From the human T2T-CHM13v2.0 reference genome, Homo sapiens, in assembly GCF_009914755.1 (NCBI RefSeq), contig NC_060948.1: a stretch of 64,000 nt of DNA; one strand, written 5' to 3'. The notes under the pieces are model-generated. The model worked only from the letters and a program-made list of their open reading frames with translations, searched no databases and was not told the DNA's origin. Positions within the stretch are counted from its first letter, which is position 1. Every line of letters starts with the position of its first letter. Made by a program: the position numbers and the translations under genes. This document shows positions 35,948 to 55,272 of this stretch, one piece after another.

Positions 35948-38049
35948 AGATCCATATTTTTTAAATGAAAAAAAATTTCAAAGGTACTCTGCTTGGTACA
36001 ATAATCAAATGTATAAACTGAGGAATAAAACATAACCATGAAACCTACTTATAACTGCATATGGAAAATACAGAGGATAATTTTTTAAATAACATATTAT
36101 GAAAGCCTTAACTAGTAATTTGAAGAGCTGGCATTTGAAAGGCCAGTATGAATATACCTTCAAAGCAGCAACACAGGTTCCCCATGAGAAAAAGCAAACA
36201 CAGGGAAAATAAAAACACAAAGGTTCAATCTCTTCTGACCTTTGAAAGACACAGCACAGACAGTGGTCCTTAGGACGAAGAGCAGGAGACCCCTAATTCC
36301 GTCACCATGGCGATAGGGCATAAACATTGCTGGGTGAGGGCACAATCCACATTGTGAGGTCCAACTGCTGCCAGGAAGACAGGAGTGCTTTTACATAGAC
36401 CGAAAGGTCATTGAAGGCTCAGAGTTTTGTTTCAAGAACTGAATCCCAAGCCCACACGTTATTAGGCTGCGCTTCTTAAAACAAGTTATGAGATGGGAAA
36501 AAGGGCACCCACAAACATACGTATACATTATGTATATAATAATATACAGTATCATATATATAATATATATAACCTATGTATAATATTGTTTTACATCCTG
36601 CATCTTATGTTATATATATTGTATAAAATATAATAATTGATAATATATAAGTTTTATAATTACACAATATGACATATAGTATATATTATAATTTATGACA
36701 TATATAATATATGTTATATGTCATATATAGAATATATTATACGGTTAATATACGTATTAAATATAAATTATACATTCTATATATTATATATAATATATCT
36801 GTTATATATAATACCCATTATGCATAATATATATATTATGTCTATGTTATATATAGTAAAAAACAACATATAATAATATATAATTGTATATATGAAATGC
36901 GACATATAATATATATTATATTTTATAACATATGTAATATATATTATATATTATATATAATACGTTGTATGTATAATACCTATATTAAATATATATTATA
37001 TGACTATGTTATTAATTACATGTCACATGTGTTATATATTATATATTTTACATAGAATATACTGATTACATACAATATATACTATGTTACCTATAATGTA
37101 TAATTTATTACCTGTAAAATAAAGAATGCAATATATTATGTAAAATTTATAATATACCATATGTGGAATGTCATATATTTAACATATAATATATGATATA
37201 TGATATACAGTATATGATATATAACATACAATATATGATTCCTAATATATATGGTATACAATATATATTTTATGATATGTATTCTATATGTTTTATATTC
37301 TGTTATATATAACTATTTGAAATTATATATAACTGTATAATATTTTATGTAAATATGTAATATAATATATATAATATATAATATATTATATATAACTATA
37401 TATTATGTTATATATACTTTTATAACATAATTTACATAAAATATCATAATATAATATATTATATTATTTCATATTACATAATATATATTACATATCACCC
37501 AATATAACTAACATACATAATATTATAATATAGATTATATTATGTTATATTAAATATCATATATATCATGTATCATATATTCTATAATATATATTACACA
37601 TTATATAATATGTATGTTGTCTATTATGTGATATATATAACTATATATATAATTATATTTTTATACATATAACTAGATAAACATGTAATTCTACATATTT
37701 TCATTTATAATATGTAGAATTATATAATCATATATAATTATTTATATTCTATAAAAAATTTTATCATTATATAAATTATAATATATAAAAATTATAATAT
37801 GTACTACAAATATATATATTATATATCATATATGATATAGTACCTTTGTTATATATCATAATACATATAAATGTGTATTATGTTATCTATAATTATATAA
37901 TTTCATATATAAGATGTATAATATGTATCATATATTACATATATTATGTAATCTATATAGTATATATAAGATGACACAGGATAAATATTATATACTATGA
38001 CATATAAAATATATGAGGTTATATGTTACATATAAGGCATAGCACATAA

Positions 38050-38364
<315 letters not shown>

Positions 38365-40491
38365 AGATCCATATTTCTTAAATGAAAAAAAATTTCAAAG
38401 GTACTCTGCTTGGTACAATAATCAAATGTATAAACTGAGGAATAAAACATAACCATGAAACCTACTTATAACTGCATATGGAAAATACAGAGGATAATTT
38501 TTTAAATAACATATTTTGAAAGCCTTAACTAGTAATTTGAAGAGTTGGCATTTGAAAGGCCAGTATGAATATACATTCAAAGCAGCAACACAGGTTCCCC
38601 GTGAGAAAAAGCAAACACAGGGAAAATAAAAACACAAAGGTTCAATCTCTTCTGACCTTTGAAAGACACAGCACAGACAGTGGTCCTTAGGACGAAGAGC
38701 AGGAGACCCCTAATTCCGTCACCATGGCGATAGGGCATAAACATTGCTGGGTGAGGGCACAATCCACATTGTGAGGTCCAACTGCTGCCAGGAAGACAGG
38801 AGTGCTTTTACATAGACCGAAAGGTCATTGAAGGCTCAGAGTTTTGTTTCAAGAACTGAATCCCAAGCCCACACGTTATTAGGCTGCGCTTCTTAAAACA
38901 AGTTATGAGATGGGAAAAAGGGCACCCACAAACATACGTATACATTATGTATATAATAATATACAGTATCATATATATAATATATATAACCTATGTATAA
39001 TATTGTTTTACATCCTGCATCTTATGTTATATATATTGTATAAAATATAATAATTGATAATATATAAGTTTTATAATTATACAATATGACATATAGTATA
39101 TATTATAATTTATGACATATATAATATATGTTATATGTCATATATAGAATATATTATACGGTTAATATACGTATTAAATATAAATTATACATTCTATATA
39201 TTATATATAATATATCTGTTATATATAATACCCATTATGCATAATATATATATTATGTCTATGTTATATATAGTATAAAACAACATATAATAATATATAA
39301 TTGTATATATGAAATGCGACATATAATATATATTATATTTTATAACATATGTAATATATATTATATATTATATATAATACGTTGTATGTATAATACCTAT
39401 ATTAAATATATATTATATGACTATGTTATTAATTACATGTCACATGTGTTATATATTATATATTTTACATAGAATATACTGATTACATACAATATATACT
39501 ATGTTACCTATAATGTATAATTTATTACCTGTAAAATAAAGAATGCAATATATTATGTAAAATTTATAATATACCATATGTGGAATGTCATATATTTAAC
39601 ATATAATATATGATATATGATATACAGTATATGATATATAACATACAATATATGATTCCTAATATATATGGTATACAATATATATTTTATGATATGTATT
39701 CTATATGTTTTATATTCTGTTATATATAACTATTTGAAATTATATATAACTGTATAATATTTTATGTAAATATGTAATATAATATATATAATATATAATA
39801 TATTATATATAACTATATATTATGTTATATATACTTTTATAACATAATTTACATAAAATATCATAATATAATATATATTATATTATTTCATATTACATAA
39901 TATATATTACATATCACCCAATATAACTAACATACATAATATTATAATATAGATTATATTATGTTATATTAAATATCATATATATCATGTATCATATATT
40001 CTATAATATATATTACACATTATATAATATGTATGTTGTCTATTATGTGATATATATAACTATATATATAATTATATTTTTATACATATAACTAGATAAA
40101 CATGTAATTCTACATATTTTCATTTATAATATGTAGAATTATATAATCATATATAATTATTTATATTCTATAAAAAATTTTATCATTATATAAATTATAA
40201 TATATAAAAATTATAATATGTACTACAAATATATATATTATATATCATATATGATATAGTACCTTTGTTATATATCATAATACATATAAATGTGTATTAT
40301 GTTATCTATAATTATATAATTTCATATATAAGATGTATAATATGTATCATATATTACATATGTTATGTAATATATATAGTATATATAAGATGACACAGGA
40401 TAAATATTATATACTATGACATATAAAATATATGAGGTTATATGTTACATATAAGGCATAGCACATAACATGTAATATATATCATATATAA

Positions 40492-40783
40492 TTTTTTTTT
40501 AGACAGAATCTTGTCCTGTTGCACAGGGTCGGGTACAATGGCGCCATCTTTGCTCACTGCAACTTCTGCCTCACGGGTCCAAGCGATTGTCCTCCCTCAG
40601 CCTCCCAGGTAGCTGGGACTACACCACACTGGGACTACACCAGCTGCCACCATGCCTAGCTAATTTTTTGGATTTTTAGTAGTGACAGCGTTTCACTGTA
40701 TTGGCCAGGATGGTCTTGATCTCTTCACCTTGTGATCCCCTTGCCTTGGCCTCCAAATTTGCTGGGATTACAGGCCTGAGCCA
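40492..40783 (-). mobile_element. Alu copy within repeat unit U17
   Basis: Same antisense Alu motifs as U1. Confidence 0.95.
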
Positions 40784-42884
40784 AGATCCATATTTTTTAA
40801 ATGAAAAAAAATTTCAAAGGTACTCTGCTTGGTACAATAATCAAATGTATAAACTGAGGAATAAAACATAACCATGAAACCTACTTATAACTGCATATGG
40901 AAAATACAGAGGATAATTTTTTAAATAACATATTTTGAAAGCCTTAACTAGTAATTTGAAGAGTTGGCATTTGAAAGGCCAGTATGAATATACCTTCAAA
41001 GCAGCAACACAGGTTCCCCGTGAGAAAAAGCAAACACAGGGAAAATAAAAACACAAAGGTTCAATCTCTTCTGACCTTTGAAAGACACAGAACAGACAGT
41101 GGTCCTTAGGACGAAGAGCAGGAGACCCCTAATTCCGTCACCATGGCGATAGGGCATAAACATTGCTGGGTGAGGGCACAATCCACATTGTGAGGTCCAA
41201 CTGCTGCCAGGAAGACAGGAGTGCTTTTACATAGACCGAAAGGTCATTGAAGGCTCAGAGTTTTGTTTCAAGAACTGAATCCCAAGCCCACACGTTATTA
41301 GGCTGCGCTTCTTAAAACAAGTTATGAGATGGGAAAAAGGGCACCCACAAACATACGTATACATTATGTATATAATAATATACAGTATCATATATATAAT
41401 ATATATAACCTATGTATAATATTGTTTTACATCCTGCATCTTATGTTATATGTATTGTATAAAATATAATAATTGATAATATATAAGTTTTATAATTATA
41501 CAATATGACATATAGTATATATTATAATTTATGACATATATAATATATGTTATATGTCATATATAGAATATATTATACGGTTAATATACGTATTAAATAT
41601 AAATTATACATTCTATATATTATATATAATATATCTGTTATATATAATACCCATTATGCATAATATATATATTATGTCTATGTTATATATAGTATAAAAC
41701 AACATATAATAATATATAATTGTATATATAAAATGCGACATATAATATATATTATATTTTATAACATATGAAATATATATTATATATTATATATAATACG
41801 TTGTATGTATAATACCTATATTAAATATATATTATATGACTATGTTATTAATTACATGTCACATGTGTTATATATTATATATTTTACATAGAATATACCG
41901 TTTACATACAATATATACTATGTTACCTATAATGTATTATTTATTACATGTAAAATAAAGAATGCAATATATTATGTATAATTTATAATATACCATATGT
42001 GGAATGTCATATATATAACATATAATATATGATATATGATATACAGTATATGATATATAACATACAATATATGATTCCTAATACATATGGTATACAATAT
42101 ATATTTTATGATATGTATTCTATATGTTTTATATTCTGTTATATATAACTATTTGAAATTATATATAACTGTATAATATTTTATGTAAATATGTAATATA
42201 ATATATATAACTATATAATATATTATATATAACTATATATTATGTTATATATACTTTTATAACATAATTTACATAAAATATCATAATATAATATATATTA
42301 TATTATTTCATATTACATAATATATATTACATATCACCCAATATAACTAACATACATAATATTATAATATAGATTATATTATGTTATATTAAATATCATC
42401 TATATCATGTATCATATATTCTATAATATATATTGCACATTATATAATATGTGTGTTGTCTATTATGTGATATATATAACTCTATATATAATTATATTTT
42501 TATACATATAACTAGATAAACATGTAATTCTACATATTTTCATTTATAATATGTAGAATTATATAATCATGTATAATTATATTGTATAAAAAATTTTATC
42601 ATTATATAAATTATAATATATAAAAATTATAATATGTACTACAAATATATATATTATATATCATATATGATATAGTACCTTTGTTATATATCATAATACA
42701 TATAAATGTGTATTATGTTATCTATAATTATATAATTTCATATATAAGATGTATAATATGTATCATATATTATATATGTTATGTAATATATGTAGTATAT
42801 ATAAGATGACACAGGATAAATATTATATACTATGACATATAAAATATATGAGGTTATATGTTACATATAAGGCATAGCACATAA

Positions 42885-43199
<315 letters not shown>

Positions 43200-45299
43200 A
43201 GATCCATATTTTTTAAATGAAAAAAAATTTCAAAGGTACTCTGCTTGGTACAATAATCAAATGTATAAACTGAGGAATAAAACATAACCATGAAACCTAC
43301 TTATAACTGCATATGGAAAATACAGAGGATAATTTTTTAAATAACATATTATGAAAGCCTTAACTAGTAATTTGAAGAGCTGGCATTTGAAATGCCAGTA
43401 TGAATATACCTTCAAAGCAGCAACACAGGTTCCCCATGAGAAAAAGCAAACACAGGGAAAATAAAAACACAAAGGTTCAATCTCTTCTGACCTTTGAAAG
43501 ACACAGCACAGACAGTGGTCCTTAGGACGAAGAGCAGGAGACCCCTAATTCCGTCACCATGGCGATAGGGCATAAACATTGCTGGGTGAGGGCACAATCC
43601 ACATTGTGAGGTCCAACTGCTGCCAGGAAGACAGGAGTGCTTTTACATAGACCGAAAGGTCATTGAAGGCTCCGAGTTTTGTTTCAAGAACTGAATCCCA
43701 AGCCCACACGTTATTAGGCTGCGCTTCTTAAAACAAGTTATGAGATGGGAAAAAGGGCACCCACAAACATACGTATACATTATGTATATAATAATATACA
43801 GTATCATATATATAATATATATAACCTATGTATAATATTGTTTTACATCCTGCATCTTATGTTATATATATTGTATAAAATATAAAAATTGATAATATAT
43901 AAGTTTTATAATTATACAGTAAGACATATAGTATATATTATAATTTATGACATATGTAATATATGTTATAAGTCATATATAGAATATATTATACGGTTAA
44001 TATACGTATTAAATATAAATTATACATTATATATATTATATATAATATATCTGTTATATATAATACCCATTATGCATAATATATATATTATGTCTATGTT
44101 ATATATAGTATAAAACAACATATAATAATATATAATTGTATATATAAAATGCGACATATAATATATATTATATTTTATAACATATGTAATATATATTATA
44201 TATAATACGTTGTATGTATAATACCTATATTAAATATATATTATATGACTATGTTATTAATTACTTGTCACATGTGTTATATATTATATATTTTACATAG
44301 AATATACCGGTTACATACAATATATACTATGTTACCTATAATGTATAATTTATTACATGTAAAATAAAGAATGCAATATATTATGTATAATTTATAATAT
44401 ACAATATGTGGAATGTGATATATGTAACATATAATATATGATATATGATATACAGTATATGATATATAACATACAATATATGATTCCTAATATATATGGT
44501 ATACAATATATATTTTATGATATGTATTCTATATGTTTTATATTCTGTTATATATAACTATTTGAAATTATATATAACTGTATAATATTTTATGTAAATA
44601 TGTAATATAATATATATAACTATATAATATATTATATATAACTATATATTATGTTATATATACTTTTATAACATAATTTACATAAAATATCATAATATAA
44701 TATATATTATAATATTTCATATTACATAATATATATTACATATCACCCAATATAACTAACATACATAATATTATAATATAGATTATATTATGTTATATTA
44801 AATATCATATATATCATGTATCATATATTCTATAATATATATTACACATTATATAATATGTATGTTGTCTATTATGTGATATATATAACTATATATATAA
44901 TTATATTTTTATACATATAACCGGATAAACATGTAATTCTACATATTTTCATTTATAATATGTAGAATTATATAATCATATATAATTATTTATATTCTAT
45001 AAAAAATTTTATCATTATATAAATTATAATATATAAAAATTATAATATGTACTACAAATATATATATATTATATATCATATATGATATAGTACCTTTGTT
45101 ATATATCATAATACATATAAATGTGTATTATGTTATCTATAATTATATAATTTCATATATAAGATGTATAATATGTATCATATATTATATATGTTATGTA
45201 ATATATATAGTATATATAAGATGACACAGGATAAATATTATATACTATGACATATAAAATATATGAGGTTATATGTTACATATAAGGCAAAGCACATAA

Positions 45300-45614
<315 letters not shown>

Positions 45615-47714
45615 AGATCCATATTTTTTAAATGAAAAAAAATTTCAAAGGTACTCTGCTTGGTACAATAATCAAATGTATAAACTGAGGAATAAAACAT
45701 AACCATGAAACCTACTAATAACTGCATATGGAAAATACAGAGGATAATTTTTTAAATAACATATTTTGAAAGCCTTAACTAGTAATTTGAAGAGTTGGCA
45801 TTTGAAAGGCCAGTATGAATATACCTTCAAAGCAGCAACACAGGTTCCCCATGAGAAAAAGCAAACACAGGGAAAATAAAAACACAAAGGTTCAATCTCT
45901 TCTGACCTTTGAAAGACACAGCACAGACAGTGGTCCTTAGGACGAAGAGCAGGAGACCCCTAATTCCGTCACCATGGCGATAGGGCATAAACATTGCTGG
46001 GTGAGGGCACAATCCACATTGTGAGGTCCAACTGCTACCAGGAAGACAGGAGTGCTTTTACATAGACCGAAAGATCATTGAAGGCTCAGAGTTTTGTTTC
46101 AAGAACTGAATCCCAAGCCCACACGTTATTAGGCTGCGCTTCTTAAAACAAGTTATGAGATGGGAAAAAGGGCACCCACAAACATACGTATACATTATGT
46201 ATATAATAATATACAGTATCATATATATAATATATATAACCTATGTATAATATTGTTTTACATCCTGCTTCCTATGTTATATATATTGTATAAAATATAA
46301 TAATTGATAATATATAAGTTTTATAATTATACAATATGACATATAGTATATATTATAATTTATGACATATATAATATATGTTATATATCATATATAGAAT
46401 ATATTATACGGTTAATATACGTATTAAATATAAATTATACATTATATATATTATATATAATATATCTGTTATATATAATACCCATTATGCATAATATATA
46501 TATTATGTCTATGTTATATATAGTATAAAACAACATATAATAATATATAATTGTATATATAAAATGCGACATATAATATATATTATATTTTATAACATAT
46601 GTAATATATATTATATATAATACGTTGTATGTATAATACCTATATTAAATATATATTATATGACTATGTTATTAATTACATGTCACATGTGTTATATATT
46701 ATATATTTTACATAGAATATACTGGTTACATACAATATATACTATGTTACCTATAATGTATAATTTATTACATGTAAAATAAAGAATGCAATATATTATG
46801 TATAATTTATAATATACAATATGTGGAATGTGATATATGTAACATATAATATATGATATATGATATACAGTATATGATATATAACATACAATATATGATT
46901 CCTAATATATATGGTATACAATATATATTTTATGATATGTATTCTATATGTTTTATATTCTGTTATATATAACTATTTGAAATTATATATAACTGTATAA
47001 TATTTTATGTAAATATGTAATATAATATATATAACTATATAATATATTATATATAACTATATATTATGTTATATATACTTTTATAACATAATTTACATAA
47101 AATATCATAATATAATATATATTATAATATTTCATATTACATAATATATATTACATATCACCCAATATAACTAACATACATAATATTATAATATAGATTA
47201 TATTATGTTATATTAAATATCATATATATCATGTATCATATATTCTATAATATATATTACACATTATATAATATGTATGTTGTCTATTATGTGATATATA
47301 TAACTATATATATAATTATATTTTTATACATATAACTAGATAAACATGTAATTCTACATATTTTCATTTATAATATGTAGAATTATATAATCATATATAA
47401 TTATTTATATTCTATAAAAAATTTTATCATTATATAAATTATAATATATAAAAATTATAATATGTACTACAAATATATATATATTATATATCATATATGA
47501 TATAGTACCTTTGTTATATATCATAATACATATAAATGTGTATTATGTTATCTATAATTATATAATTTCATATATAAGATGTATAATATGTATCATATAT
47601 TATATATGTTATGTAATATATATAGTATATATAAGATGACACAGGATAAATATTATATACTATGACATATAAAATATATGAGGTTATATGTTACATATAA
47701 GGCATAGCACATAA

Positions 47715-48029
<315 letters not shown>

Positions 48030-50128
48030 AGATCCATATTTTTTAAATGAAAAAAAATTTCAAAGGTACTCTGCTTGGTACAATAATCAAATGTATAAAC
48101 TGAGGAATAAAACATAACCATGAAACCTACTTATAACTGCATATGGAAAATACAGAGGATAATTTTTTAAATAACATATTTTGAAAGCCTTAACTAGTAA
48201 TTTGAAGAGTTGGCATTTGAAAGGCCAGTATGAATATACCTTCAAAGCAGCAACACAGGTTCCCCATGAGAAAAAGCAAACACAGGGAAAATAAAAACAC
48301 AAAGGTTCAATCTCTTCTGACCTTTGAAAGACACAGCACAGACAGTGGTCCTTAGGACGAAGAGCAGGAGACCCCTAATTCCGTCACCATGGCGATAGGG
48401 CATAAACATTGCTGGGTGAGGGCACAATCCACATTGTGAGGTCCAACTGCTGCCAGGAAGACAGGAGTGCTTTTACATAGACCGAAAGGTCATTGAAGGC
48501 TCAGAGTTTTGTTTCAAGAACTGAATCCCAAGCCCACACGTGATTAGGCTGCGCTTCTTAAAACAAGTTATGAGATGGGAAAAAGGGCACCCACAAACAT
48601 ACGTATACATAATGTATATAATAATATACAGTATCATATATATAATATATATAACCTATGTATAATATTGTTTTACATCCTGCATCCTATGTTATATATA
48701 TTGTATAAAATATAATAATTGATAATATATAATTTTATAATTATACAATATGACATATAGTATATATTATAATTTATGACATATATAATATATGTTATAT
48801 ATCATATATAGAATATATTATACGGTTAATATACGTATTAAATATAAATTATACATTATATATATTATATATAATATATCTGTTATATATAATACCCATT
48901 ATGCATAATATATATATTATGTCTATGTTATATATAGTATAAAACAACATATAATAATATATAATTGTATATATAAAATGCGACATATAATATATATTAT
49001 ATTTTATAACATATGTAATATATATTATATATAATACGTTGTATGTATAATACCTATATTAAATATATATTATATGACTATGTTATTAATTACATGTCAC
49101 ATGTGTTATATATTATATATTTTACATAGAATATACCGGTTACATACAATATATACTATGTTACCTATAATGTATAATTTATTACATGTAAAATAAAGAA
49201 TGCAATATATTATGTAAAATTTATAATATACAATATGTGGAATGTGATATATATAACATATAATATATGATATATGATATACAGTATATGATATATAACA
49301 TACAATATATGATTCCTAATATATATGGTATACAATATATATTTTATGATATGTATTCTATATGTTTTATATTCTGTTATATATAACTATTTGAAATTAT
49401 ATATAACTGTATAATATTTTATGTAAATATGAAATATAATATATATAACTATATAATATATTATATATAACTATATATTATGTTATATATACTTTTATAA
49501 CATAATTTACATAAAATATCATAATATAATATATATTATAATATTTCATATTACATAATATATATTACATATCACCCAATATAACTAACATACATAATAT
49601 TATAATATAGATTATATTATGTTATATTAAATATCATATATATCATGTATCATATATTCTATAATATATATTACACATTATATAATATGTATGTTGTCTA
49701 TTATGTGATATATATAACTATATATATAATTATATTTTTATACATATAACTGGATAAACATGTAATTCTACATATTTTCATTTATAATATGTAGAATTAT
49801 ATAATCATATATAATTATTTATATTCTATAAAAAATTTTATCATTATATAAATTATAATATATAAAAATTATAATATGTACTACAAATATATATATATTA
49901 TATATCATATATGATATAGTACCTTTGTTATATATCATAATACATATAAATGTGTATTATGTTATCTATAATTATATAATTTCATATATAAGATGTATAA
50001 TATGTATCATATATTATATATGTTATGTAATATATATAGTATATATAAGATGACACAGGATAAATATTATATACTATGACATATAAAATATATGAGGTTA
50101 TATGTTACATATAAGGCAAAGCACATAA

Positions 50129-50443
<315 letters not shown>

Positions 50444-52543
50444 AGATCCATATTTTTTAAATGAAAAAAAATTTCAAAGGTACTCTGCTTGGTACAATAA
50501 TCAAATGTATAAACTGAGGAATAAAACATAACCATGAAACCTACTTATAACTGCATATGGAAAATACAGAGGATAATTTTTTAAATAACATATTTTGAAA
50601 GCCTTAACTAGTAATTTGAAGAGTTGGCATTTGAAAGGCCAGTATGAATATACCTTCAAAGCAGCAACACAGGTTCCCCATGAGAAAAAGCAAACACAGG
50701 GAAAATAAAAACACAAAGGTTCAATCTCTTCTGACCTTTGAAAGACACAGCACAGACAGTGGTCCTTAGGACGAAGAGCAGGAGACCCCTAATTCCGTCA
50801 CCATGGCGATAGGGCATAAACATTGCTGGGTGAGGGCACAATCCACATTGTGAGGTCCAACTGCTGCCAGGAAGACAGGAGTGCTTTTACATAGACCGAA
50901 AGGTCATTGAAGGCTCAGAGTTTTGTTTCAAGAACTGAATCCCAAGCCCACACGTTATTAGGCTGCGCTTCTTAAAACAAGTTATGAGATGGGAAAAAGG
51001 GCACCCACAAACATACGTATACATTATGTATATAATAATATACAGTATCATATATATAATATATATAACCTATGTATAATATTGTTTTACATCCTGCATC
51101 CTATGTTATATATATTGTATAAAATATAATAATTGATAATATATAAGTTTTATAATTATACAATATGACATATAGTATATATTATAATTTATGACATATA
51201 TAATATATGTTATATATCATATATAGAATATATTATACGGTTAATATACGTATTAAATATAAATTATACATTATATATATTATATATAATATATCTGTTA
51301 TATATAATACCCATTATGCATAATATATATATTATGTCTATGTTATATATAGTATAAAACAACATATAATAATATATAATTGTATATATAAAATGCGACA
51401 TATAATATATATTATATTTTATAACATATGTAATATATATTATATATAATACGTTGTATGTATAATACCTATATTAAATATATATTATATGACTATGTTA
51501 TTAATTACTTGTCACATGTGTTATATATTATATATTTTACATAGAATATACCGGTTACATACAATATATACTATGTTACCTATAATGTATAATTTATTAC
51601 ATGTAAAATAAAGAATGCAATATATTATGTATAATTTATAATATACAATATGTGGAATGTGATATATGTAACATATAATATATGATATATGATATACAGT
51701 ATATGATATATAACATACAATATATGATTCCTAATATATATGGTATACAATATATATTTTATGATATGTATTCTATATGTTTTATATTCTGTTATATATA
51801 ACTATTTGAAATTATATATAACTGTATAATATTTTATGTAAATATGTAATATAATATATATAACTATATAATATATTATATATAACTATATATTATGTTA
51901 TATATACTTTTATAACATAATTTACATAAAATATCATAATATAATATATATTATAATATTTCATATTACATAATATATATTACATATCACCCAATATAAC
52001 TAACATACATAATATTATAATATAGATTATATTATGTTATATTAAATATCATATATATCATGTATCATATATTCTATAATATATATTACACATTATATAA
52101 TATGTATGTTGTCTATTATGTGATATATATAACTATATATATAATTATATTTTTATACATATAACTGGATAAACATGTAATTCTACATATTTTCATTTAT
52201 AATATGTAGAATTATATAATCATATATAATTATTTATATTCTATAAAAAATTTTATCATTATATAAATTATAATATATAAAAATTATAATATGTACTACA
52301 AATATATATATATTATATATCATATATGATATAGTACCTTTGTTATATATCATAATACATATAAATGTGTATTATGTTATCTATAATTATATAATTTCAT
52401 ATATAAGATGTATAATATGTATCATATATTATATATGTTATGTAATATATATAGTATATATAAGATGACACAGGATAAATATTATATACTATGACATATA
52501 AAATATATGAGGTTATATGTTACATATAAGGCAAAGCACATAA

Positions 52544-52858
<315 letters not shown>

Positions 52859-54957
52859 AGATCCATATTTTTTAAATGAAAAAAAATTTCAAAGGTACTC
52901 TGCTTGGTACAATAATCAAATGTATAAACTGAGGAATAAAACATAACCATGAAACCTACTATAACTGCATATGGAAAATACAGAGGATAATTTTTTAAAT
53001 AACATATTTTGAAAGCCTTAACTAGTAATTTGAAGAGTTGGCATTTGAAAGGCCAGTATGAATATACCTTCAAAGCAGCAACACAGGTTCCCCATGAGAA
53101 AAAGCAAACACAGGGAAAATAAAAACACAAAGGTTCAATCTCTTCTGACCTTTGAAAGACACAGCACAGACAGTGGTCCTTAGGACGAAGAGCAGGAGAC
53201 CCCTAATTCCGTCACCATGGCGATAGGGCATAAACATTGCTGGGTGAGGGCACAATCCACATTGTGAGGTCCAACTGCTGCCAGGAAGACAGGAGTGCTT
53301 TTACATAGACCGAAAGGTCATTGAAGGCTCAGAGTTTTGTTTCAAGAACTGAATCCCAAGCCCACACGTTATTAGGCTGCGCTTCTTAAAACAAGTTATG
53401 AGATGGGAAAAAGGGCACCCACAAACATACGTATACATTATGTATATAATAATATACAGTATCATATATATAATATATATAACCTATGTATAATATTGTT
53501 TTACATCCTGCTTCCTATGTTATATATATTGTATAAAATATAATAATTGATAATATATAAGTTTTATAATTATACAATATGACATATAGTATATATTATA
53601 ATTTATGACATATATAATATATGTTATATATCATATATAGAATATATTATACGGTTAATATACGTATTAAATATAAATTATACATTATATATATTATATA
53701 TAATATATCTGTTATATATAATACCCATTATGCATAATATATATATTATGTCTATGTTATATATAGTATAAAACAACATATAATAATATATAATTGTATA
53801 TATAAAATGCGACATATAATATATATTATATTTTATAACATATGTAATATATATTATATATAATACGTTGTATGTATAATACCTATATTAAATATATATT
53901 ATATGACTATGTTATTAATTACATGTCACATGTGTTATATATTATATATTTTACATAGAATATACTGGTTACATACAATATATACTATGTTACCTATAAT
54001 GTATAATTTATTACATGTAAAATAAAGAATGCAATATATTATGTATAATTTATAATATACAATATGTGGAATGTGATATATGTAACATATAATATATGAT
54101 ATATGATATACAGTATATGATATATAACATACAATATATGATTCCTAATATATATGGTATACAATATATATTTTATGATATGTATTCTATATGTTTTATA
54201 TTCTGTTATATATAACTATTTGAAATTATATATAACTGTATAATATTTTATGTAAATATGTAATATAATATATATAACTATATAATATATTATATATAAC
54301 TATATATTATGTTATATATACTTTTATAACATAATTTACATAAAATATCATAATATAATATATATTATAATATTTCATATTACATAATATATATTACATA
54401 TCACCCAATATAACTAACATACATAATATTATAATATAGATTATATTATGTTATATTAAATATCATATATATCATGTATCATATATTCTATAATATATAT
54501 TACACATTATATAATATGTATGTTGTCTATTATGTGATATATATAACTATATATATAATTATATTTTTATACATATAACTAGATAAACATGTAATTCTAC
54601 ATATTTTCATTTATAATATGTAGAATTATATAATCATATATAATTATTTATATTCTATAAAAAATTTTATCATTATATAAATTATAATATATAAAAATTA
54701 TAATATGTACTACAAATATATATATATTATATATCATATATGATATAGTACCTTTGTTATATATCATAATACATATAAATGTGTATTATGTTATCTATAA
54801 TTATATAATTTCATATATAAGATGTATAATATGTATCATATATTATATATGTTATGTAATATATATAGTATATATAAGATGACACAGGATAAATATTATA
54901 TACTATGACATATAAAATATATGAGGTTATATGTTACATATAAGGCATAGCACATAA

Positions 54958-55272
<315 letters not shown>

